Source: Candidatus Anderseniibacteriota bacterium (GTDB taxonomy: Bacteria; Patescibacteriota; JAUYIX01). From it: 64,000 nucleotides of DNA. Below, in pieces: positions 47,356 through 55,733 of the stretch. Position numbers and translations under genes: made by a program. The notes beneath the pieces are model-generated. The model worked only from the letters and a program-made list of their open reading frames with translations. It made no database searches and was not told the DNA's origin. Location of the stretch: NCBI GenBank assembly GCA_046350855.1, contig JAXLZM010000005.1, positions 9,331 to 73,330 on the forward strand, written 5' to 3'. The first letter of the stretch is position 1. Every line of letters starts with the position of its first letter.

Positions 47356-47790
47356 ATGCCTATGAAGCCTTTTAAATTTTCCGTAGCACTGGTGGTGAAG
47401 AATGCCGCAGGAGAGATTTTGGCCGTAAAAAGACCTCCTCATGACGAGAGCTTGCCTACTGTCTGGGGTTTGCCCGCAGTCACAATAAAACCGGGTGAAC
47501 TTCCAGAAGATGCTGCCCGGCGGGTCTGCACGGAGAAACTTGCCTGCACGGCTAAGCTCATAGATTTTGTCGGTATTAAGTCAGCAGACCAAGGGGTATA
47601 TCGGTTGATCCTAATGGACATCGAAGCACGTGTTGCGTCTGGTTCACCCAATGTCGACGGCGCACAAACGACTGGAACTAAGTATGTCGAACAAAAATGG
47701 ACAAGCGACCTTTCAATCTTTGCTGATGCCGCTAGAAAAGGTTCTCTTTGCTCGCAAGTCCTGTTGGATGTTGCAGGCATTGCGTATTAG
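47356..47790 (+). CDS. NUDIX-like hydrolase domain protein (degenerate Nudix box)
   Basis: GLPAVTIKPGELPEDAARRVCTEKLAC approximates Gx5Ex7REUxEExGU. Confidence 0.35.
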   Translation: MPMKPFKFSVALVVKNAAGEILAVKRPPHDESLPTVWGLPAVTIKPGELPEDAARRVCTEKLACTAKLIDFVGIKSADQGVYRLILMDIEARVASGSPNVDGAQTTGTKYVEQKWTSDLSIFADAARKGSLCSQVLLDVAGIAY

Positions 47791-47839
47791 TTCCCCATGC
47801 CAGCTCTGAGTAAACTAATCGTGCTAAAGTAAAAACCGC

Positions 47840-48040
47840 ATGGAGTTGCTCAAAGAGTACCGCTGCAACAGTTGCCGTAAGCTGCTTTTTAAGGGCGTCT
47901 TGATCGACAGTGCCGTCGAGATCAAGTGCAAAAACTGCAAAATGGTGACCGCTTTTACGGGCGAACCCGCCAGTAAGTACGTCTGCCTGGTCTATCCGTG
48001 TCAAAATCGTGTCACAGCTCTTGCGTCGCAAAAAAAGTAA
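47840..48040 (+). CDS. Com-like zinc-ribbon small protein
   Basis: MELLKEYRCNSCRKLLFKG...VEIKCKNCK resembles the Mu Com family (CxxC...CxxC). Confidence 0.45.
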   Translation: MELLKEYRCNSCRKLLFKGVLIDSAVEIKCKNCKMVTAFTGEPASKYVCLVYPCQNRVTALASQKK

Positions 48041-48122
48041 GCTATACTGGTAATCACTAGAAGCTCTTGAAGCTCGAGGCCAATAACGGCCGCGGGCAAT
48101 TTTTTTATTAACTTCCACCTTC

Positions 48123-49391
48123 ATGACGACCAGTACAGTCTCAACTAAGACCATAAAGCAGCCGACCGTCATTAAGCGGGACGGTTCGGCCGTGCCTTTT
48201 AACAAGGAACGTATCGCAAATGCTATCGCTAAAGCGGGTGCTGCAACCGGAGAAATTGGCAGGGCTGAAGCTTCAAAACTAGCCGAACGTATCACACATT
48301 TTATCGTTCGCTCGTACTCTGCGGGTCAACATAAAATAAAACCGGTGCAGGCCAGGGTTACGGTCGAACAGATTCAGGACATCGTCGAGTTCGCCCTAGC
48401 CAACGCCGGGCACTTTAAGACCGCACGGGCCTACATCGTCTACCGCGAAAAACGTGCCCAAGCCCGCTCGGTCGGAGGCGTCGCCGTCGAGGTAGAAAAA
48501 ACCATTGGCGAGTACGTTGATAAGCAAGACTGGCGCGTCAATGCCAACGCCAACCAAGGCTATTCACTAGGCGGCCTGATCCTCAACGTCTCTGGCAAAC
48601 TTATCGCCAATTACTGGCTGAACTTTGTCTACACCAAAGCCATTCGTGATGCACATGTCGACGGAGATATGCATATTCATGATCTGGATATGTTCTCGGG
48701 CTACTGCGCCGGCTGGAGCTTACGACAACTGCTAGAAGAAGGTTTTAACGGGGTCCCGGGTAAATGTGAGTCCGCTCCGCCTAAACACCTCGAGACGGCC
48801 GTCGGACAAATGGTTAATTTTTTGGGCACCCTCCAAAACGAGTGGGCTGGGGCACAAGCTTTTTCGTCCTTTGATACGTATTTAGCCCCATTTGTAAAAA
48901 TAGACAAGCTCGATTTTGAGCGGGTTAAACAGTGTGTCCAGCAGTTTGTCTTTAACCTCAATGTGCCCTCACGCTGGGGCACCCAAACGCCCTTTACCAA
49001 CATCACCCTCGACTGGACCGTGCCCGAGGATTTAGCATCCAAGCATCCGGTTATCGCCGGCGTCACACAAAAATTTACCTATGCCGATTGCCAAGCCGAG
49101 ATGGATTTGCTCAATCGTGCTTTTATCGAGGTCATGACCGAGGGCGACTCCAAGGGTCGGATTTTTACCTTTCCGATTCCGACCTATAATCTCACCAAGG
49201 ATTTTGATTGGGAGAGTGACAACGCCAAAGTACTGTTTGAAATGACGGCTAAGTTTGGCATCCCGTACTTTCAAAACTTTATCAACTCCTCGCTCAAACC
49301 TCAGATGTGCGTAGCATGTGCCGCCGACTGCAACTCGATTTGCGAGAACTCCGCAGTCGGGGCGGGGGACTGTTTGGTTCGGCCGAAATGA
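48123..49391 (+). CDS. nrdD: Anaerobic ribonucleoside-triphosphate reductase NrdD, N-terminal ORF segment (gene interrupted by frameshift)
   Basis: ATP-cone and class III RNR core. Conserved sequence runs to ...FINSSLKPQMC, then the frame is lost. Confidence 0.8.
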   Translation: MTTSTVSTKTIKQPTVIKRDGSAVPFNKERIANAIAKAGAATGEIGRAEASKLAERITHFIVRSYSAGQHKIKPVQARVTVEQIQDIVEFALANAGHFKTARAYIVYREKRAQARSVGGVAVEVEKTIGEYVDKQDWRVNANANQGYSLGGLILNVSGKLIANYWLNFVYTKAIRDAHVDGDMHIHDLDMFSGYCAGWSLRQLLEEGFNGVPGKCESAPPKHLETAVGQMVNFLGTLQNEWAGAQAFSSFDTYLAPFVKIDKLDFERVKQCVQQFVFNLNVPSRWGTQTPFTNITLDWTVPEDLASKHPVIAGVTQKFTYADCQAEMDLLNRAFIEVMTEGDSKGRIFTFPIPTYNLTKDFDWESDNAKVLFEMTAKFGIPYFQNFINSSLKPQMCVACAADCNSICENSAVGAGDCLVRPK

Positions 49392-50275
49392 CCGGCAGTA
49401 TCGGGGTGGTTACGCTCAACTTAGCGCGCATCGGGTACTTAGCTAAGAGCAAGGAGGACTTTTTTGCTCGAGTGGGACGACTGATGGATCTGGCCAAAGA
49501 CTCGCTCGAACTCAAACGCAAAGTGGTGGCCGAGAACATCGAGCGGGGCCTCTTGCCCTTTACCAAACGCTACTTACCGAGTCTGCACAACCACTTTGCC
49601 ACCATCGGGATCAACGGTGCCAATGAGGCCTGCCTCAACTTTTTGGGTAAAAACCTTGCAGACCCTGAGTCGACAGCACTCATCACCGAGCTCCTCGGCT
49701 ACATGCGCACGCGACTCGCGGATTACCAAGAAAAAACCGGTAACCTGTACAACTTAGAAGCCACGCCGGCCGAGGGCACAACCTATCGCTTTGCCAAAGA
49801 GGATCAAAAGCGTTTTCCGGGGATCGTGCAGGCGGGTACCGATATGGCGCCCTACTACACCAATTCAACACATCTCCCGGTCGACTTTACCGACGATCCA
49901 CTCGGCGCACTCGATCATCAGGATCCACTCCAGACTAAGTACACGGGCGGTACGGTTCTCCATCTCTTTTTGGGTGAACGTGTTCACGATTGGCAAACCT
50001 GCCGCGCTTTTGTGCGCAAGGTGGCCGAACATTACAAACTGCCCTACTTTACGATCACGCCTACCTTTAGCATTTGTCCGACGCATGGTTACTTGTCCGG
50101 CGAACAGTCGCACTGTTCGATCTGTAATGCAACCTGTGAGATCTGGTCACGGATTGTGGGCTACTTTAGACCGGTCGAACAATGGAATAAAGGCAAAAAA
50201 AGTGAGTATGTGGATCGCCTCGAGTACTCCGCTCAAAAAGCGACCGCGCAAAAAACGACAGAGGTTGCTCGATGA
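49307..50275 (+). CDS. nrdD: NrdD C-terminal ORF segment (continues the conserved sequence in another frame)
   Basis: MCRRLQLDLRELRSRGGGLFG...SIGVVTLNLARIG, then a zinc ribbon C...CxxC and the glycyl-radical motif RIVGYF. Confidence 0.8.
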   Translation: MRSMCRRLQLDLRELRSRGGGLFGSAEMTGSIGVVTLNLARIGYLAKSKEDFFARVGRLMDLAKDSLELKRKVVAENIERGLLPFTKRYLPSLHNHFATIGINGANEACLNFLGKNLADPESTALITELLGYMRTRLADYQEKTGNLYNLEATPAEGTTYRFAKEDQKRFPGIVQAGTDMAPYYTNSTHLPVDFTDDPLGALDHQDPLQTKYTGGTVLHLFLGERVHDWQTCRAFVRKVAEHYKLPYFTITPTFSICPTHGYLSGEQSHCSICNATCEIWSRIVGYFRPVEQWNKGKKSEYVDRLEYSAQKATAQKTTEVAR

Positions 50276-50961
50276 TCATTGGGGGGTTACAAAAGTTGAG
50301 CCTCGTTGATTACCCAGGCAAGGTTTGCTCGATCGTCTTTACGCAGGGTTGCACCTTTAGATGTAGCTACTGTCACAATCCGGCTCTCGTAGTTGGCCCG
50401 GCCCCAAAAGCTTTGAGCATGAAGCGTGTGCTGGACTATCTAAAAAAACACGCCGACATGCTTGATGCGGTGTGTGTCACGGGTGGTGAGCCGACCCTAC
50501 ACCGCGACCTGGATATGTTTTTGCGCCAGATTAAAAAGAGTGGGCTCAAGGTCAAGCTTGATACCAATGGCCTCAATCCCGAGACGATCCAGCGTTTTAT
50601 CCAGGAGGGCTTAGTCGACTATTTTGCCATGGATATCAAGGCGCCCTGGCGCAAGTACGGCACCGTGATGCAAACGTCTCAGACCATCGGGATCGAGCGC
50701 TGTAAAAAAACCTTTGCCGTGATCCAAAACTCCGGAGTTGCCCATGAGTTTCGTACCACCGTCTTTCCTAGCGTACACACCGAACCAGATTTTATGGAGA
50801 TGGTGAGCTACCTCAAGCCGGGAGAACACTACTACCTCCAAAACGTTCGCTATGCGGTTACCTTGGATCCAAAAATTGATCGCACGATCCACTTGGATGT
50901 GCCGGCCATCGCCCAAACATTGCGTCAGCGTTACCCTGAGATCATAATCATCGAGCGATGA
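50272..50961 (+). CDS. nrdG: Anaerobic RNR activating protein (radical SAM)
   Basis: CTFRCSYCHNP CxxxCxxC motif. ATGA-coupled to nrdD. Confidence 0.85.
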   Translation: MIIGGLQKLSLVDYPGKVCSIVFTQGCTFRCSYCHNPALVVGPAPKALSMKRVLDYLKKHADMLDAVCVTGGEPTLHRDLDMFLRQIKKSGLKVKLDTNGLNPETIQRFIQEGLVDYFAMDIKAPWRKYGTVMQTSQTIGIERCKKTFAVIQNSGVAHEFRTTVFPSVHTEPDFMEMVSYLKPGEHYYLQNVRYAVTLDPKIDRTIHLDVPAIAQTLRQRYPEIIIIER

Positions 50962-51425
50962 ACAGCAAAGCTGCAAAAATCACTCTGTTAGTGCTGCGTC
51001 TGGTACTGGGTTGGCTCTTTCTGTATTCGGCCGTAACCAAACTTGCAGATCCCAGCTGGACGTCGGCGGCGTATCTTGAAAGTGCTAACACATTTACCCC
51101 GTTTTACCATTGGCTGGCGAGTTCATCTGTTATACCGCTCGTAGATGCTCTCAATGTATGGGGGCAGTTGCTACTCGGGATTTCGTTGGTACTCGGGGTA
51201 GGGGTGCGGATTAGCGCGACGCTGGGGGCCCTGCTCATGCTGCTTTATTACTTTCCGATCTTGCAGTTTCCGTATCCGGACGCGCACTCCTACCTGGTGG
51301 ACGAACACATTATCATCGCCGCCGTCTTGGTCTTTTTTGTCGCGGTCCGCGCGGGCCGCTATTGGGGTATCGATGCGCTCCTCGCAAAAAAGTTAGACAG
51401 CCGTTTTGTACGTACACTTGTTTAG
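50958..51425 (+). CDS. DoxX family membrane protein
   Basis: LRLVLGWLFLYSAVTKL and four TM helices. Confidence 0.65.
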   Translation: MNSKAAKITLLVLRLVLGWLFLYSAVTKLADPSWTSAAYLESANTFTPFYHWLASSSVIPLVDALNVWGQLLLGISLVLGVGVRISATLGALLMLLYYFPILQFPYPDAHSYLVDEHIIIAAVLVFFVAVRAGRYWGIDALLAKKLDSRFVRTLV

Positions 51426-51442
51426 CTGTGCTTGCTTGATCG

Positions 51443-52159
51443 GTGGCCCGCGGGGCTACCCGAGCGTATGCTAAAATCCTGGCAATGAAACGCTACGTCG
51501 TCGGTTTGGTCGTGGCCGCCGTAACTTCCGGTGCCGCGCTGGCCGTGGTACTCGTCTTTCTTAATCCGTACAGCGCCGGTTGGCTCGGCGTGACGTTGCT
51601 TTTGGTCAGCGTCTTTTTTATGGCGGCCAGTGTGTTCACCCTGATTGGGTTTACTTTGCGGGTCCTACGGAGTCGCAAAGAAATCGTCTACGCGCATCTC
51701 ACGACGGCCTTTAGGCAGGGCTTGCTGCTGGCGGTTCTGGTCGACGGCATGCTCTTGTTGCAGGTCTACCGTATCTTTAATATATGGAGTGCGTTACTGT
51801 TTGTGGCAGCGGTGGTGCTGATAGAATTGGCTTTTGCGAGCCATACCAGCAGTCTCGAGCGCCGCGAGCGCGGTCCGCTGCACCCCCTCAATCCCAACCA
51901 TCCCAACCGCAAATTAAACGATATCAACGCTAAGTCACCCACGCCTCAGGCTGAACCATGGAAAACCCGCTTCCTCACAAAAAAACAAGAAAGTCCAAAA
52001 CTAGCCGAGCCGGCCAAGCTGGAGCCCCCAACCTCGGAGCCAAAGTTGGACCAACCGGTGGAGCCAGTGCCAGTGGAGATCAAGCCCAAAGTAAAGGTGC
52101 GGCGGATCCCGGTCCGGTCCCTGGACGGGCCACACCCTCCCTCGACGTCCAAAAATTAA
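51443..52159 (+). CDS. Hypothetical membrane protein with Pro/Glu/Lys-rich C-terminal tail (3' end overlaps the pheS ORF)
   Basis: Four TM helices in the first ~135 aa. The tail overlaps the pheS 5' extension by about 200 nt in a different frame, so one of the two is over-called. Confidence 0.45.
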   Translation: MARGATRAYAKILAMKRYVVGLVVAAVTSGAALAVVLVFLNPYSAGWLGVTLLLVSVFFMAASVFTLIGFTLRVLRSRKEIVYAHLTTAFRQGLLLAVLVDGMLLLQVYRIFNIWSALLFVAAVVLIELAFASHTSSLERRERGPLHPLNPNHPNRKLNDINAKSPTPQAEPWKTRFLTKKQESPKLAEPAKLEPPTSEPKLDQPVEPVPVEIKPKVKVRRIPVRSLDGPHPPSTSKN

Positions 52160-53196
52160 TTAGCGACGCTCAGGCAAAGATTGCTGCGGCCACATCGACC
52201 GATCAACTCGAGTCGGTGCGTTTGTCATTGGTCGGACGCAAGGGCGTTCTGCCGTTGGCCTTACGCGACCTCAAAGATCGTACAGTAGAAGAAAAGCGCG
52301 CACTTGGTCCCGCGCTCAACAAAGCACGTCAACAAGTAGAGGACTCGATTCAAGCTCGCAGTCGACAACTCTCCAGCAAATCCTACGAGGCATTGATCGA
52401 CCAAGAAAAAATTGACGTCACCGAGCCGCTACCGCACCAAAAACTTGGACATATTCATCCGACCGAGCAAGTCCGGCGCGAGGTAGAGGATATTTTTCGC
52501 TCGATGGGGTTCGAGGTTGTACGCGGCCAAGAGATCGACGATGAGGAGAACAACTTTGATCTGCTCAACATCCCCGCTAGTCACCCGGCGCGTGATCTGT
52601 GGGATACCTTTTGGCTTAAAAAACCGGAAAGCTTTAAAGAGAGCTCGGTTCAACCGACAAACAACCAACTCCTCCTGCGTACACACACCTCCAACATGCA
52701 GGTGCGCGTAATGCGTGAGCGCAAACCACCCTTACGAATCGTCAACATCGGCCGCGTCTACCGCTACGAAGCCACCGACAAAACGCATGAGTCGACCTTT
52801 AGCCAGATCGAAGGCTTTATCGTGGACGAGAGCACGACCATGGGTGATTTGCGTGGCATCCTCCACACACTCTTTGAGACGATCTTTGGCCAAAAACTCA
52901 CCACTCGTCTGCGCCCCTCGTATTTTCCGTTTACCGAGCCTTCGGTCGAACTCGATATGTCCTGTCTCTTTTGCAAAGGCAAGGGCTGCTCGGTCTGCAA
53001 AAAAACGGGCTGGCTTGAGATCGGCGGAGCCGGCATGATCCACCCCAATGTGCTCAAAAATGGCGGCTTCAACCCTAATAAGTATCAGGGGTTTGCCTTT
53101 GGGATGGGACTGGATCGGATCACGATGCTCAAATATGGGATCAATGACATCCGCTGGTTGCTCTCGGGCGATCTGCGTTTTTTGGAGCAATTTTAA
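51958..53196 (+). CDS. pheS: Phenylalanine--tRNA ligase alpha subunit (start uncertain)
   Basis: The class II aaRS core and the FRPSYFPFTEPS motif are present. Homology to PheS begins near 52140 (LDVQKLISDAQAKIAAA), but there is no ATG/GTG/TTG there. The ORF's ATG at 51958 adds a ~60-aa low-complexity extension. Confidence 0.8.
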   Translation: MENPLPHKKTRKSKTSRAGQAGAPNLGAKVGPTGGASASGDQAQSKGAADPGPVPGRATPSLDVQKLISDAQAKIAAATSTDQLESVRLSLVGRKGVLPLALRDLKDRTVEEKRALGPALNKARQQVEDSIQARSRQLSSKSYEALIDQEKIDVTEPLPHQKLGHIHPTEQVRREVEDIFRSMGFEVVRGQEIDDEENNFDLLNIPASHPARDLWDTFWLKKPESFKESSVQPTNNQLLLRTHTSNMQVRVMRERKPPLRIVNIGRVYRYEATDKTHESTFSQIEGFIVDESTTMGDLRGILHTLFETIFGQKLTTRLRPSYFPFTEPSVELDMSCLFCKGKGCSVCKKTGWLEIGGAGMIHPNVLKNGGFNPNKYQGFAFGMGLDRITMLKYGINDIRWLLSGDLRFLEQF

Positions 53197-53226
53197 CCGG
53201 ATGAACAGCACCTGCGAGGTTCAACC

Positions 53227-54918
53227 ATGAAATTAAGCTACAACTGGCTCCAAGAATTTGTCCCGCTTGACGTAACGCCCCAAAAATTGGCGGATTTATT
53301 GACCATGAAGGCCGCCGAAGTTGAGGGCGTCGAGATTTTGGGGCAAGACATTACTAAGGTCATCGTCGGTGAGATCCTCGAGATCCGGCCACACCCCAAG
53401 GCTGACAAATTGCAGCTCACCAAGGTCTCGATCGGCAAAGATATCTTAGAGATCGTGTGTGGGGCCAAGAATATTCGGGTCGGGCAAAAGGTGCCGACCG
53501 CCATCAATGGCGCGACATTACCGGGTGGCGTACAGATTGTGGCTAAGGAGTTACGCGGAGCTAAGTCGGAGGGCATGTTGTGTTCGGCCGATGAGTTGGG
53601 CTTGCCAGGCGTTGGCCCTGACGGAATCTTGATCCTCGATCCACAGTCGCCGGTGGGGGAGGACGTGCGTAAGGTCTTGGGGCTCGAGGAGGCCATACTT
53701 GACATCAAAGTCTTGCCGGACCGCTCGTACTTGCTCTCGCATGTGGGTGCGGCGCGCGACATTTCTGCGATGCGGGCAAAGACCCTCATGCTCGACAGCT
53801 ACGGCAAGACCGGGGCCGAGGCGATTACACATAGCCAAATTCCCAACGGCGGTTCGGTCAAGATTTTGGATCAGGTGCACTGCCCCCGCTACTCGATGAT
53901 TATGCTCTCCAACTTGCGTATCACCGCGAGTCCAGCCTGGCTCTCGACGCGGCTCAAACAGCTGGGTGTCAGACCGGTCAATAACCTGGTCGACCTCACC
54001 AATTACGTTATGCTCGAGCTGGGTCAGCCCCTGCATGCTTTTGACTCGGCTAAATTGCAGGGTCGTAAGGTAACGGTGCGGCGTGCTAAGGCGGATGAAC
54101 AGCTCACCACTCTAGACGGCGTCGCGCGTAAACTTGATCCGGAGGCCTTGGTCATTGCGGATGGCTCAAAACCAATCGCGCTCGCCGGAATCATGGGCGG
54201 TAAAGAGTCTGAGATCGGTAATCTGACCTCAGGTGCGTTGATCGAGTCCGCCAACTTTGAACCAAAAGGGATTCGCGCTACGGCCCAGCGGCTCAAACTG
54301 CGCACCGACGCCAGCATGCGCTATGAGCGGGGAGTGGACCCTAACTTGACCGCCGTCGCACTCGCTCGTCTGGTCGAGCTACTCCCGCGTGCTGGTCTGA
54401 TAGAGGCGCAATCAAGTCAAATCATCGACGACTACCCGGCCCCGCTCGTGCGCCAACCCGTGCGCTATAAACCGACCGAAGTCATGCGTCTGACCGGCAT
54501 CGATGTACCCCTCTCCGAGCAAATTCGCTTGCTGCAAGGTCTGGGGATGGCCATTGATGATCGCAACTTTGCCATTGAGCACGAGTTGTTCATCACGCCG
54601 CCCTCATTTAGACAAGATGTCACGACCAGCGCGGACATCGTAGAAGAAATCGTGCGTCTCTGGGGCTACGAGCGCATCCCGCTCACCCTCCCCTCCGCCA
54701 AGCTCCTCCCACAACCCTATGACGTCGATCGCCACTGGTCGCGCCGCGCCAAAAATATTTTGCGTGGGGCCCGCTTTAGCGAGGTTGAGACCTATAGTTT
54801 TGTCAGCAAGCAGCTACTCCAAACACTCCATTTTGATCCGCGCGAGCACATCGCCCTCGCTAACCCATGTCACCTGAGCAAGCCTACTTGCGCTCGAGTT
54901 TGGTCCCAAACCTCCTGA
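53227..54918 (+). CDS. pheT: Phenylalanine--tRNA ligase beta subunit, N-terminal ORF segment (frameshifted gene)
   Basis: tRNA-binding domain, B3/4 and B5 domains. The frame is lost after ...ALANP. Confidence 0.85.
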   Translation: MKLSYNWLQEFVPLDVTPQKLADLLTMKAAEVEGVEILGQDITKVIVGEILEIRPHPKADKLQLTKVSIGKDILEIVCGAKNIRVGQKVPTAINGATLPGGVQIVAKELRGAKSEGMLCSADELGLPGVGPDGILILDPQSPVGEDVRKVLGLEEAILDIKVLPDRSYLLSHVGAARDISAMRAKTLMLDSYGKTGAEAITHSQIPNGGSVKILDQVHCPRYSMIMLSNLRITASPAWLSTRLKQLGVRPVNNLVDLTNYVMLELGQPLHAFDSAKLQGRKVTVRRAKADEQLTTLDGVARKLDPEALVIADGSKPIALAGIMGGKESEIGNLTSGALIESANFEPKGIRATAQRLKLRTDASMRYERGVDPNLTAVALARLVELLPRAGLIEAQSSQIIDDYPAPLVRQPVRYKPTEVMRLTGIDVPLSEQIRLLQGLGMAIDDRNFAIEHELFITPPSFRQDVTTSADIVEEIVRLWGYERIPLTLPSAKLLPQPYDVDRHWSRRAKNILRGARFSEVETYSFVSKQLLQTLHFDPREHIALANPCHLSKPTCARVWSQTS

Positions 54919-54955
54919 GTGTGGTCAAAAAAATATCGCCACGGGCCAAGGCGCC

Positions 54956-55660
54956 ATGTCCATCTACGAGCTCGGCCGGACCTTTAGCTATATCCGTAAT
55001 AAGCCCTACCCGCACGAGCCACTCATGTTGACCCTCGCCACCGTCTCGGCTGAGCCCCGCCCCGCCAAAGCGCGCCTCCAATCCGCTGCCACTCCGGCAG
55101 AACGTACGCAGCTCGCCGTAGTACTTGAGGATCTTCTGTTCCACTTTGGGCTCGATCCCAAAGTACTCGTGCGCAAACCCTTTACGGCCAATCCGGCTGA
55201 TTTTCATCCTGGCCGCACCGCGCTTCTCGAAATCAAGGGCGAGGACATCGGCTATTTGGCGGAGGTGCATCCGGCGGTGCTGTCTGCGCTCGATATCAAT
55301 AGGACCGTAGCAATCCTCGATCTTGAGTTTGCTAAACTAATTACGCTGGCCAAGGACGAACGCACCTTTAATGAGATCCCAAAGTATCCAGCCGTCCGTC
55401 GCGATCTGTCGCTCGTGGCCTCGCTTGAGCTCCCCGCGGCCGATCTGATCGAGACCATCACGACCGCAGGCGGGGAGTTACTCACCGATGTTGAGTTGTT
55501 CGACCGCTACCAAGGCGGCAAAGTCGGTGCGGGCAAAAAGAGCTACGCTTTCCATCTGACTTTTCGCTCGGACAAGCAGAGCCTGACCGACTCCGAGGTT
55601 GAACCACTCCTCAAAAAAATCTCGAGCGCGCTATCAAATAAGTCCGTTTTGGTTCGTTAG
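54956..55660 (+). CDS. pheT: PheT C-terminal ORF segment (FDX-ACB domain)
   Basis: The conserved motif continues as SIYELGRTF... in the third frame. C-terminal ...VELFDRYQG...SYAFHLTFRS. Confidence 0.85.
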   Translation: MSIYELGRTFSYIRNKPYPHEPLMLTLATVSAEPRPAKARLQSAATPAERTQLAVVLEDLLFHFGLDPKVLVRKPFTANPADFHPGRTALLEIKGEDIGYLAEVHPAVLSALDINRTVAILDLEFAKLITLAKDERTFNEIPKYPAVRRDLSLVASLELPAADLIETITTAGGELLTDVELFDRYQGGKVGAGKKSYAFHLTFRSDKQSLTDSEVEPLLKKISSALSNKSVLVR

Positions 55661-55698
55661 TTTCGAATCCATCCTGTGGATTAGTCTACACGTTCTCT

Positions 55699-55733
55699 GC
55701 TTGCATAAGGGGGGGGGTCTATATACTAGTTAT
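55699..55733 (+). promoter_or_regulatory. Putative promoter with a G9 homopolymer in the -35/-10 spacer; leaderless start
   Basis: TTGCAT, then a 15-nt spacer containing GGGGGGGGG, then TATACT, then 6 nt, then ATG at 55734. Confidence 0.35.

Noticed and set aside
48061-48112. Terminator between the Com-like gene and nrdD
   Set aside because: Only a 4-bp GGCC/GGCC stem precedes the T7 run, which is too weak to call. The T-run may instead belong to the nrdD promoter region.
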